A stretch of DNA of 64,000 nt, from positions 6,548,939-6,612,938 of the forward strand of contig MU058423.1 in the NCBI GenBank assembly GCA_013265495.1, read 5' to 3'. Shown here piece after piece: positions 38,749 to 49,811 of the stretch. The notes under the pieces were generated by a model. It did no database searches. It saw only the letters and a list, made by a program, of their open reading frames with translations, and was not told where the DNA came from. The stretch comes from Vicugna vicugna (taxonomy: Eukaryota). The translations under genes were made by a program, and so were the position numbers. Numbering within the stretch: position 1 is the first letter of the stretch; every line of letters begins with the position of its first letter.

Positions 38749-38892
38749 TTTAAAAATTTTTTAAAATTTTTTTGTGGGGGAGGTAATTAGGTTTGTTTAT
38801 TTATTTATTTATTTTTGGAGGTACTGAGGATTTAACCCAGGACCTTGTGCATGCTAAGCTTGTGCTCTACCACTAAGCTATACCCTCTTCCC
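38749..38892 (-). mobile_element. tRNA-derived SINE, camelid Vic-1-like
   Basis: Reverse complement GGGAAGAGGGTATAGCTTAGTGGTAGAGC (A box)...GGTCCTGGGTTAAATCC (B box)...AAACCTAATTACCTCCCCC plus A tail; TSD TATTAAT(G/A)GC(A/T)TCTT at 38734-38748 and 38893-38907 (13/15). Confidence 0.88.
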
Positions 38893-40279
38893 TATTAATA
38901 GCTTCTTATTATCATCATCTTCTAATATAGCATCTCATTAACATATTAAACAGAGAAATAGTCCTCACAAATATGCTTCCACTCATTTTTCTTGAAACAT
39001 ATCTCTTTTGTTTTGTTTTGTTTCATGCATCTATTTTTGATAGAGTACAGACAAATATTTCTCTTCTACCAGAACAAATAGTCCATACTTAATGACAGAT
39101 AGCAACTCACAATCCATCTCTGGGTAAAGGAGACGATAAAACCCCATGGAATCTGAACTAACTTGGAAAGTATATATCCCTTTTAACAAAGGACCCACCA
39201 TACAGCTGTAGACAACTCTTCTCATGTTGGAATACAAACTCGACACTATCAGAGATTTGGATCTCTATGTAAAATTGCCCAATATTAAATTATAAGTTCA
39301 AATTTTCAAAAACCATTATTAAAGCTAAAGCAGACACATCAATGGATTTATTAGGTCCCAAGCAACTAGTTTGCCATTGTCTTTTAATTCAATGAGCTAC
39401 AACCTTTCTAATATGCATTATCTCAATGCCAGAAGGGTCTGCTTGCCTGTTTGTTAAATTCTATTGTAGTCATTTTTGTAAGTTGAGATTTCAGTTTTCA
39501 TGCTTTTCTGCTAAAACTCAAATAAATCTTCTCTCAGCTAACATAATAAATCATTTAAGCTAATATATTCATTATCAGTAATTGGAATGTTCTTCCTTCA
39601 TTCTCTGAATGACTAATTTTAATTTCCCATTCTTCAATGTCCAGATCAAATATGACCTCCTCTGTGAAGGGTTTCTAACATCAACATTAAACATATTTTT
39701 CTCCTTCTCCCACACTCAGAGACTATATATCACCTCAACTATGGCATATCGCCATAAAATTAACATGTCCTGATCAACCCTCTAGTCCAAGGAGGAGTAA
39801 AAATATGTGGCATGGACCTGAGCTCAACCTCAACTTGGATACAAATCAAAGTGAACTTAGGCAAGATGAGCCTATTCCAGCCAATCTGCATAAAAGGTCA
39901 CTGAGAAAAAATTAGTTTACATATCTCAGAAATTTGTTATGTAGCAGTATTATGGCAATAACTAACTAGTACACATTATCATGATGTTTAAGGTATCTTT
40001 TGCAAGCATTGTGTTCCTGAATATGGGAACACTGTAAGAAAAATCTAATTTTCAGGGAAGAGAAGAAAAGGGAAACCAAAAATAATTTTCTCTTAATAAT
40101 TTTACTTGAAAATACTCTTAGAATAAATAACTGCCCACTCAGAGCAGATATATGAGTAATCCTTGAAGTCCATGAGATTACTACTTATTGATCTGAAAGA
40201 AGTATTTGTGATTACAAAAAAATCTGACAATCATTACTCACTTTCCAGATTGAACAAACACCTCTAAAAATATGTAATT

Positions 40280-40910
40280 CCATTCATTCAATACACATGT
40301 TTGAGCCCCATACTAAACACTAAATATAAAGTGAAATAAAAAAGATCCAGAAACATGTGGTTGTGGGTAAGGAGGAGATCATGGGTTCAGTTAAGGAACA
40401 TCCGTGAATAGACTTCAAGTAAGCTTTGGCTGTCTATATGAGTTTAAATCACAGAACATGTCTGGGTATATGTAGTGGTCAAGTAGTAGCTGAAGGCAAA
40501 GGTTGTATTTCATCTTCCAGGAGGAACCTACAGAGGAAAGGAGGATTGAGCTGAGGATAGAACTCCAGATAACACTAATATTTAAATGTAGGGAAAAAAG
40601 AATGAACCCATAAATGTGAGCAAGGACTGGCTATAGAAATGGAAGGAAATTTTGGAATAATTAGTGTCATGAAAACCAAAGAAGGAGAAACTATCAAATA
40701 GGAGTAGTCAACAGTGTCAAATATTTAAGAGAGCATGGCTATAACAAGGGGAAACTTTCACTGGAATTAGGAATTCACAAATGATTTCTATTATTGAAAT
40801 TTCAAGAGAAAGGCAACAAGCCATGTTACAGTGTGTTGAGGGGCTGCATGGGCTATTTAATAGAAAACATTTTCAGTGGAGACAGTTTTTCTGTAAGCTT
40901 GACTATGAAT
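40280..40910 (-). mobile_element. L2 (degenerate)
   Basis: CATTCATTCAATAC...GTGTCATGAAAACCAAAG...AGTCAACAGTGTCAAAT. Confidence 0.65.
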
Positions 40911-41674
40911 GAAACTGGCATTAAAATGCATCCATCTAATTATTACTTTGCCCTCACTTGTTCATTAATATTTCATTGCATTATCTTTCTAAAAGTGTCT
41001 TGATACATACTCAAAATTTTTATTTTCATTTTATATTTTGTTCCTATATTATATTTTTAAAAGAGTATTTTAATATAGACAATAACAGTTTTTTGGAGAA
41101 GTTCCTATAATTATCAGAATCACTCCATACTGAATTATATCCAAAGAACCTCATTCAAATTCCTAGGTCTACACTTGGTAAATATATGTGCTTAGATAAG
41201 TCACCTAAATTTTCTAAGCCTCCATTTCATCTCAGGTGAAAAATAGGGCTAATATTTTCCAACTCATTGATCTCACATAAGGATTAGACAAAATATAAAA
41301 ATCTCATAGGGACGAGCACTAAATAGATAATATATGATGACTGCCATTATCACAGTTCTTATTAATATTAATATAGCACAAAAACACTATGCAACATTTG
41401 CTTGCATTCCAGCGTCATAGAGTGAATGATTTTCTTTAGTAGGAGTAGAAGTGAAATGACAGCCACCTAGGCCAAAAGCACAGCTTATTGTTTTTTCACA
41501 TACAGAAAAGTAGGAAAATGTAATGAGGAAAATAATTCTTCTTTAATTTGGATAAAAACAGAACAAGTGAACATTTAATTTTAATTATTGAGTTCTTTAA
41601 TAGCAATACAAATGGACAGATAATTCTTCCTATTTGTTAAAATTATTTGCTTTATTAATTGAAAATTCTTTAAA

Positions 41675-43135
41675 AATTTTATTTGATTGTGGCAAGAACA
41701 TTTAGTAAGAGATCTGCCATCTTAACAAATTTTCAAGTGACAATATAATATTGTTAATTATAGGGACAATGTTGTACAGCAAATACCTAGAACCTGTTTA
41801 TCTTGTGTAGCTGAGACTTTATGCCCGTTAATTAGCAGCTCTCATCTTCTCGTTCCCTTAGCCTCTGGCAGGCACCATTCTGCTCTCTGATTCTATGACT
41901 TTAACTATGTTAAACCCTTCCTATAAGTGGAATCAGGCAGAATTTGTTATCCTTGCCCCAGCTTATTTCACTTAGCAAAAATATCTCAATATTCATCCAT
42001 GTTGTTGTATATTACAGAAGTTCCTTCATTTTTAAGGTCCAGTAATATTCCATTGCATGTATGTATACTCACTTTCTTTATCTATTTATCCATTCATGGA
42101 CATATAGGTTGTTCTCACATCTTGGCTATTGTGAATAGTGCTTCAGCGAACATTGTTATGCCAAACGTTGGCAAGATCCTAATTTTTTTTAGGGAGGTTG
42201 GTAATACCCAGGAATAAGATTGCTGAATTATATTGTAGTTCTATTTTTAATTTTTTTTGTGAATCACCATATTGTTTTTCATAATGGCTACATCATTTTA
42301 CATTTCCATCAAGAACATACAAGGGTTTTAATTCCTTCACATACTCGCCAAAATTTGTCTTTTTTTTTTTTTTTTAATAATAGCCATCCTAACAGATGTG
42401 AAGTGATACATCATTATGGTTTAGATTTGCATTCCCCTGATGACTAATGACAGTGAATATTTCTTCATATATACCTGTTGGCCACTTGGATGTCTTCTTT
42501 GGAGAAATATCTACTTAAATCTTAGGATTTTTTTTTATTGAATTATAGGAGTTCCTTATATATTTTGGAAATTAATTCATTATCCAATACATGGTTTGTG
42601 AATGTTTTCTCTCATTCATTGCCTTTTCACTTTGCTGATCGTTCCCTTTGCTGAGCTTTTTAGTTTGATATATTCTTACTTTTCTACTTCTGCTTTTGTT
42701 AACTGTGATTTTGGCGTCATATCCATGAAATAATTTTATTCTTTTTGGTGGAATTGTAAATGGAATGGTTTTCCTAGATTCATTTACAGATAGTTCATTT
42801 TTTTAATGTATAACATACAACTGCTTTTTGTATGTTCATTGTTTATCCTGCAACTTTACTGAATTAGTTTATTAGTTCTAACTTTTTGTGTGGGGAGTCT
42901 TTAGGTTTTTCTATATACATGAGCATGTTATCTGCAAACAGGGACAATTTTACTTCTCCTTTTCCAATTTAGATGATTTTTATTTCTTTTTCTTGCCTAA
43001 TTGCTAGGCTAGGATTTCTGTTACTGTTGAATAGAAGTGTCAAGAGTGATCATCCTGATCTTAGAGAAAAAGTTTTCAGTTTTTCACCACTGAGTATAAT
43101 AATAGCTTTAAGCTTTTCATATATGGCCTTTATTA
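41675..43135 (-). mobile_element. L1 (L1MA/MB-like) 3'UTR plus decayed ORF2 end, with an internal deletion
   Basis: Antisense L1 3' end; RT-region reading SLFADNML (TTTGCAGATAAC at 42938-42927); frameshifted and stopped. Confidence 0.9.
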
Positions 43136-43269
43136 ATAGAGAATTTTAAAGCACATTTAAGTAATACTTAGAACAAAGAAAAAAACTTGAGATTCTCCTA
43201 AATTACTCTCTGATTATTAGTTGTAAACAATTTATATACACTTTTAATCCAAAAAAATGGAATCTGTCA

Positions 43270-43334
43270 ATTGTGCTGAACACTGGAATTTGACACAACA
43301 TTGTAAAATGATTATAAATCAATAAAAAATGTTA
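43270..43334 (+). mobile_element. About 65-bp L1 3' tip
   Basis: Perfect 19-bp flanking duplication AAAAAAATGGAATCTGTCA (43251-43269 and 43335-43353); insert is homologous to 31080-31140. Confidence 0.92.
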
Positions 43335-43605
43335 AAAAAAATGGAATCTGTCATTGTACTGTTTTTATCCCCCAAAAGCTAAAGCTAGATTTTTAAAAAC
43401 CTAGATAAGACGCACCAGTCCTAATTTAACTAGAGATGGAAATGAAAACTGTGCTCTGCAAAAAGGCTTAAATTATAAAGTTACTAACAGGTAAGCAAAT
43501 ATGAGACAAGCAGTTTTCTGACATTATTCATTTCAATTCAAAACTGTATTAAATGTGCTTTCTAAAACCTTTTAAGTAGCATTTTTTGTATTAAGTATTA
43601 ATGCC

Positions 43606-43800
43606 TGCATTTGTTTTCTATTGCTGTATAATGAATTAGCACAAACTTAGCAGTTTAAAACAATACGTATTTAATAACTCACGGTTTCCATGGGTCAGGA
43701 GTCAGGTCAGAGCACAGCTTAACTTGATCTTCAATTCAGGCTCTTATCAAGCTGAAATCCAGGTATTGGCAGGGCTGCAGTCTCATCAGAGGCTCAGTGA
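43606..43800 (-). mobile_element. MLT1 (E/F-like) LTR fragment
   Basis: TTTCTATTGCTGTATAA...ACAAACTTAGCAGTTTAAAACAA...GGGTCAGGAGTC...GGCAGGGCTGCAGTCTCATCAGAGGCTC. Confidence 0.8.
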
Positions 43801-46019
43801 GTTTTAATTTTCAACATACCTGCAAAGATGAAAATCATATTCTTTTTATTAGTTGTGATTTTTAGGAATTTATAAATATCTTTCATAAATGTTAAATGTT
43901 ACAATTATTGTTGTTAATGAGAGAGGAACTTAACAAAACTATCAGGCTCAAAATCACCTGTTTGAATTTTTTCTTTATTTCTTTATTTTATTATTTTATT
44001 CTTCAATCATTAAAGTAGTTTTGTTACCACTTTATATTCACTCTGATTGCTTACTTTACTTTGAAATTATTCAAGGGACAGAGTTTCCACTATTTCTTGG
44101 GAAGCTGTTTGGCACTGTAATAGACCCCACATTTAGGAATTTTTTTCTCCTTATTCTGTCTGATTTTCCCTTTGCCCTGTCTCATCTCATTTCATCTCCA
44201 CTCTTTCCTGCAATATCCCATTGCAGGCTTTTATCTATTTTCAATGCACTGTCATCTGCTCATCTGCTTTAGTTCTGCAGCTTATCAAACAGTTTTTTCC
44301 CATAGAATCACTTTGCTTTGGAAACCATGTGCCAGGTGTATGGTACTAACTTGCAATACTGCCAGATGAATCTTGTTTAATTTTCTTTTTAGCCTTGCTT
44401 TAAATTTATAGAACAACACATATGCAAAATGCATTGAGCAGCAGGAATAAAACACCTTTTTTGCAAAGAAAAATGGAAAAGCACATATATAGCCTGTTTT
44501 ATTTATACATAAACATGGTGCTGCTCTTCTACAGGTGGTTGTCTGAAAGTGATTACCAGCAGGAAGGCACTAGAAGGTAATGGGAATTAATGCACTCAGT
44601 ACAGCAGGAAACATTTAGCCTTTTAGATATACTTGAGGAAGAACCTCTCAATGATGGACTTGCAAAGATGATTCCTAACAGCAAAACAACAGTTCATCAC
44701 CAGTATTGAGTCAATGTCCCAGTTCATGCACCCAAATACTAAAATCTAACATACATAACTGTATTAAAACCATAAAATTCCCTTTATAAACCTCCAAACA
44801 CTGGGAAGAGTATTCTTTGGAAGAATGAGACTTTTTTTTGTTTTCATCCAAAACCTACTTTACACAGTATTCGCCTTAGAAAATACCTTTATGCATATAC
44901 ATTTGAATAGCTTTTAAATCTTCAACTTAATAGCCATCTGATATAATTCCTTTTTTGTTCAAAACTTGAATATTTTTAAACCTGACAATAATAACAAAAA
45001 ACAAATTGTATCTTCTTTCTTATAAAGGCAAGAATTTAAATATAATGCCTAATGCCAAAAATCAGGTTAAGAGGTCAAAATAGAAATATATATATATAGG
45101 GTATATATTTTCTACAATGCTTTGTACTAATTTTATATTTAAGAACATTATAACCAATTTGATTAGGGATACATTATAATAAAATGGAATCTAATAAATT
45201 TTCATCGAAGAAAATAAATGTTCTCTGTTGTGACTTTGGCAGGTTTCTTCATGTCTGTTTAAATACGTACAGTAACTCAGATTCCCTTACTTCACAAGAC
45301 TGTTTCCTACAGTGTTGGGTGGTTCTATTTTTATATCTTATAAAAGTTTTACTTTTATACAGAATAAACCTGCTTTCTTAGACTATTCATTGACCCTCCT
45401 TTCACCTTGGAACTCTTCGTTATATATCTGTTTCTTAAAAATTACCTTCCTACAAATGCTTAAAAATTATTTCAACTAAAGACATGTTCATGTTAAATGT
45501 CTACAACTGTCTTCAGTAATTTACAGTATGCTCTTCCACACACAATCTGGTTGGCCATTACCCTGTTCATATGAGTAGAGCTTAAAATCATGCACAGTGG
45601 CATAGGCTAAGATTACAGTAGACACTCTTTTATGTTTCCTTTGTTCTATCAACCACAACTTCATTTTATTCTCTTTATATAAAACTCTTAAGGTAGGTCT
45701 TTTGATTATGAAATTCATATTTCACATTTTCATAACCTTTGTGCTGAATTTATCTACTTATTCGTTCTATAACTACCAGTGCCAAGGACGACCCCAGGTG
45801 CTGGAGATGTATCGCTGAGCACAGACACTTGGATCACAATGCCCATATTGTCTCTAGAAACAGTCAGACATTAATCAAATAATCACAGCAACAAGGGTAT
45901 GATTACAAACTGAGATACATGCTCGAAAGAGAAAACGCAGTTTATTGCCCACGTATATAGTTACTTTCTTCTCTTATTAGATGTGTCCTATACATCCACT
46001 TTGGGGATGTTTTGAATCT

Positions 46020-46620
46020 GTAATATTTTATCCAACATATTCGTTATCCCTCTTAGCTTTGTGTCATCTGAAATATTAATAAGCATATTAACATGTCTTT
46101 AGGCAAATCATTTACCCAGATTTAGTTAAATAAAAATAATCACTTCATTTGAAAAATAAAATCAGTTTGAAAATCATTTTCCATATCTAGTTAAATAAAC
46201 AATCACATTGTCCCAGCTTTCAGCACAAGGCTATGATGAGGATCAAATGAGATATTTTACCTGAAGGCTCTCTGTGAACTATAAAATGGGATACTATATC
46301 AGACATCATTATTATTTTCCTGAGTATATACACCAAAAGCCAAAGAGTTTTGTTTGTGTAATTAAAGCTTCCATTAATCCATTCATCAGTAAGCATTAGG
46401 TACATTTGTCCAACCAGTTAAAATGTATCCACTTGTGTTAGTATTTGGTCCATTTGGTTAGTAGTTTCTCCATTTTGTCTATAAAGATATCATGGAAGAT
46501 AGGCTTACTGAAATCAAGATATATATTTCCCTGAATTTTCCATTTCATTACTGCATCATTCATTCAACTAGTTGGTTGATCAAAGCAAGTAAATATAATT
46601 TTGGGCCTCTTCTTTCACAT
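46020..46620 (-). mobile_element. CR1/L3 LINE RT-region remnant, interrupted by a MIR fragment near 46205-46275
   Basis: 46074-46048 translates ISDDTKLRG, compared with the CR1 RT motif FADDTKLGG; further L3-like sequence at about 46300-46600. Confidence 0.6.
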
Positions 46621-47389
46621 CCTTCTCAGCAGTATCATAACTTGTCAAAGAATCAATGGGAAAAAAATGCCTGCCAGCTTTTTACTTACTGCACTTTCTC
46701 TTTCCAAATTTCTGTATTTTATCTAATGTTTTTAAATATGTTATGCAAATGGATAAGCACAGTACATTTTTTCTCCTTTTTAGACTCTTTAAATTGTGTT
46801 TCCAATTTTAAAGATAACTCTTCTCTTTTCTTTCATTTAATACTGACTGCAGGTGGATTCTTCTTAACGAGCCAGAGGTGTGGATTCACACTGAGAACAT
46901 ATGAGGATTAAACACAGCTTTCAAATAAACTTTCCTCCATCTAGTTTTTCCTCTTGGAAAAGGGGAGTTATAAAAGGTGATTTTATCCATTTGTAATAAA
47001 AATTTATTTCTGATACATTCTATAGCACTTATCACAATAATTAACTCAGCAATTAACATTCTTTGCTGATAAGCATCCCTTGAACAGCAATAAATAGGGA
47101 GGGAAAACACCTAACATATATTTCAACAAATGTCAAAGCACTACTTTTCATTGTCTCACTCAAAACTCAGCTGAAACCATTACACTAATTAGAATGTGTG
47201 TGCTCTTTTACCTGGTAAGTAACTACTCCAGGTGAGTAAACACCAAACCAAAACGTTGTAAACTAACAACCAACTCCAAATTCCATATTTTATTTAAATT
47301 GACATTTGTTAAATTTTTATTTTTAGTACGGCTTGTATACACACAATCACACTTACTGCTTCAAGTGTAATTTTATCACTAGTTTAAAA

Positions 47390-48160
47390 ATTCATTCACT
47401 CATTCTCTTCCAAAATATTTACTGATTGCCTATGATGTTCCAAGTACTATTTTAGGCACTTGGGATATAGCATTCATTAAACAAACTAGCAAGAAAATAA
47501 ATAAAAATTGCTTCCCTGATAAAGCTTATATTCTATCAGACAGAAAGTTATAAATTAACAAAATAAATTAGAAAAAATATTTTAAAATGATAAACTCTAT
47601 GGAGAAAAATAGAGCAAGTTGAGGAGACGGAGACTGTCTGAAATGGGAAGGGGCAGGTTGTGATTTTACTTGCTGACAGGATAAAAGGTCACCCTTGATC
47701 TCATTAAGAAAGTGACATTTTATCAAAACCTTAAGGCAAAAGAGGGAATTAGTCATGGGGGTGCTGGGTGGAGGAAGCAACTAGAGCAGAGGCCCTAAGG
47801 TGGGGACATCTGTGGCATGAGGAGGAAGACAGTGTGACTGGATCCGGTGGGGAAGAGCAATGAAGGTGGGGTTAGAGACTTAAGGGGAGCAAAGTCATGG
47901 AAGGCCTTTTAGAACATTGCAAAAACTTTAGCTTTTACTTTGAGGGGCATGCGGAGACCAGGCAGAGTTATAAGTAAAGGTTGGATTCATTTTCATTTCT
48001 ATTGCAAAGGATTACTCTGCCTGAAAACAGATTTATTTTGGCATTTGTAGATACCGGGGCATGATATTACAGGCTATTGCAATTATCCCGATGAGAGATG
48101 GTGATGATTTACATTAGGGTAAAAGCAATAGAGGGGGGTAGTCAGAAGTAATCACAGTCT
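47390..48160 (-). mobile_element. L2 3' region
   Basis: TTCATTCACTCATTC...AAATATTTACTGATTGCCTATGATGTTCCAAG...AAGTGACATTT...GGCCCTAAGGTGGG...GCTTTTACTTTGAG...GGCTATTGCAATTATCC. Confidence 0.8.
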
Positions 48161-48264
48161 AAGTGTTTCAAAATAATTCAAACACAGTAAAAAGTAAAAA
48201 TAATAGTATAATGAGCCTCATATACCCATCACCAATAAAGAATTACCAAGATTTTGTCATATTT

Positions 48265-48875
48265 GGAGGGGGAATGCCAAGATGGCGGAGTAGGACACAC
48301 AGCTCACCTCCTCCAAGAATACACTGAGAATTACATCTAAAGACCCATTGATTCCCACGGAACACCTACTGAACTTTGGCAGAACATCTTTTACTTTAAA
48401 ATACAAGGAGATTCTTCACAAAAACTGATAGAAGAGAAAAAAAAGGAAAAAGGAAATTAGCGCAGGACCCATCCCATGGCGAGGGAGCAGCAAAGAAGGG
48501 AAAATGCTCACTGTCATGCTGGGATGCCCTCTTTCCAGCTGGGAGGTCAGCGGGGACAGAAAGGAAGCTTCTGAGGCTCAGAAGGGAAAACAGAAATCTC
48601 TTGGCCGACAGAACTGAGAGAAGCCCGAACAAAAGTTCCCTGCGATCCCCAGCCATGCATGCGAGCCGCCAAGTGCAGGCCAGAACTGGCTTCTGGAGCT
48701 CAGTGAGAAGCCTGGGGAGATGCATGTGGCCAATTGCATAGAGGCAGCCTCAAGAGGCTGGAGTGTGGTACAGGCTGTGGCTGGGAGTGTGTGCAGAACA
48801 GAACAGCCTAGGACCCCCATATAAAAGCAACACTGCTAGTGTGCATGGGGGCGAGCAGCGCAACGCAGCCATGGC
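48265..48875 (+). mobile_element. L1 5'UTR (internal promoter region)
   Basis: G-rich start GGAGGGGGAATGC then YY1 site CAAGATGGCGG (48278-48288) and GCTCACCTCCTCC...GAACACCTACTGAAC; GC and CpG content visibly above the flanks. Confidence 0.85.
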
Positions 48876-48914
48876 ATAGTCACTATATGTATATAATATA
48901 GCCACTATATGTGT

Positions 48915-49078
48915 GTAATATCCTGTAGTAACCTATAATGAAAAAGAATATGAAAACAAACATATGTATGTTCATATATGACTGAAATATTGTGCTGTGC
49001 ACCAGAAATTGACACATTGTACACTGACTACACTTCAGTAAAAAAGAATACACAAAACCCCATAAATTTAAAAAAAAT
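48915..49078 (+). mobile_element. L1 3' tail
   Basis: AATATCCTGTAGTAACCTATAATGAAAAAGAATATG...TGTGCTGTGCACCAGAAATTGACACATTGTACACTGACTACACTTCAGTAAAAAA, homologous to 31000-31140. Confidence 0.88.
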
Positions 49079-49369
49079 TATTAAAAGAACACTTAGAGAA
49101 AACTTTTAAGGTACATCGCCATAAAAGGGAGCAGAGAAAGGATTGGTGAATAAATGTTAAAGGTCAAGGGAGGATTTTAATGTTAGGTTTTATTTTAATC
49201 CAAGTTATACATTCATTCAACTCAAATAGTTAAATAATTCTAAAAGCCATCACAAAAATGTAACTATCCCCTGCATTTATCACCCCTCCATTTCTCAACC
49301 ATCAGAAACCTTAGAATCAACAATTTTAGCTGATTCTTTTGATTTCTTCTTGACTTTTGAATCTTTATT

Positions 49370-49627
49370 TGTCTTCTTTGTCCACATTAGACCTTTCTTC
49401 TCCACTATTTTCCTTTTCTATTTTCCTCATTTCCTTTTTCTTTCCTTTCTCTCTTCCCAAGTCTCCTTTAATCCTGTTCTTATCTTCCTTTTCTTTAAAC
49501 TAAGCTCTACCTTACTTTCTTTTCCTTTTCCTTTTCCTCCTCATTCTCTTCATCCTCCTTTCTTTTTTCTTTTTCCTAGAGAGAGAGGGGAAATCTCTCT
49601 CTCTTTCTGCTTTCCCTCTTTCTCTCA
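49370..49627. repeat. Low-complexity polypyrimidine (CT-rich) tract
   Basis: About 250 bp dominated by C/T runs such as CTTTTC and TTCCT. Confidence 0.85.
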
Positions 49628-49675
49628 GATATGGCTAGGCTAAAAAAAGTATTAAAATGTCATATATATATTGCA

Positions 49676-49811
49676 CTTTTTTTGTTGTTTGTTTGTTGTT
49701 GGCAGGGAGAGGTAATTAGGTTTATGTTTTCTTAAGGGAGGAACAAGGGATTGAACCAAGGACCTTGTGCATATTAAGCATGCACTCTACCACTGAGCTA
49801 TACCCTCCATC
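49676..49811 (-). mobile_element. tRNA-derived SINE, Vic-1-like (second copy)
   Basis: Reverse complement GAGGGTATAGCTCAGTGGTAGAGTGCATGCTTAATATGCACAAGGTCCTTGGTTCAATCCC...AAACCTAATTACCTC; homologous to 38749-38892. Confidence 0.88.

Noticed and set aside
49676..49811. tRNA gene
   Set aside because: The tRNA-like head is followed by the SINE tail and an A-rich end, and a homologous copy with TSDs is at 38.8 kb; it is a SINE.
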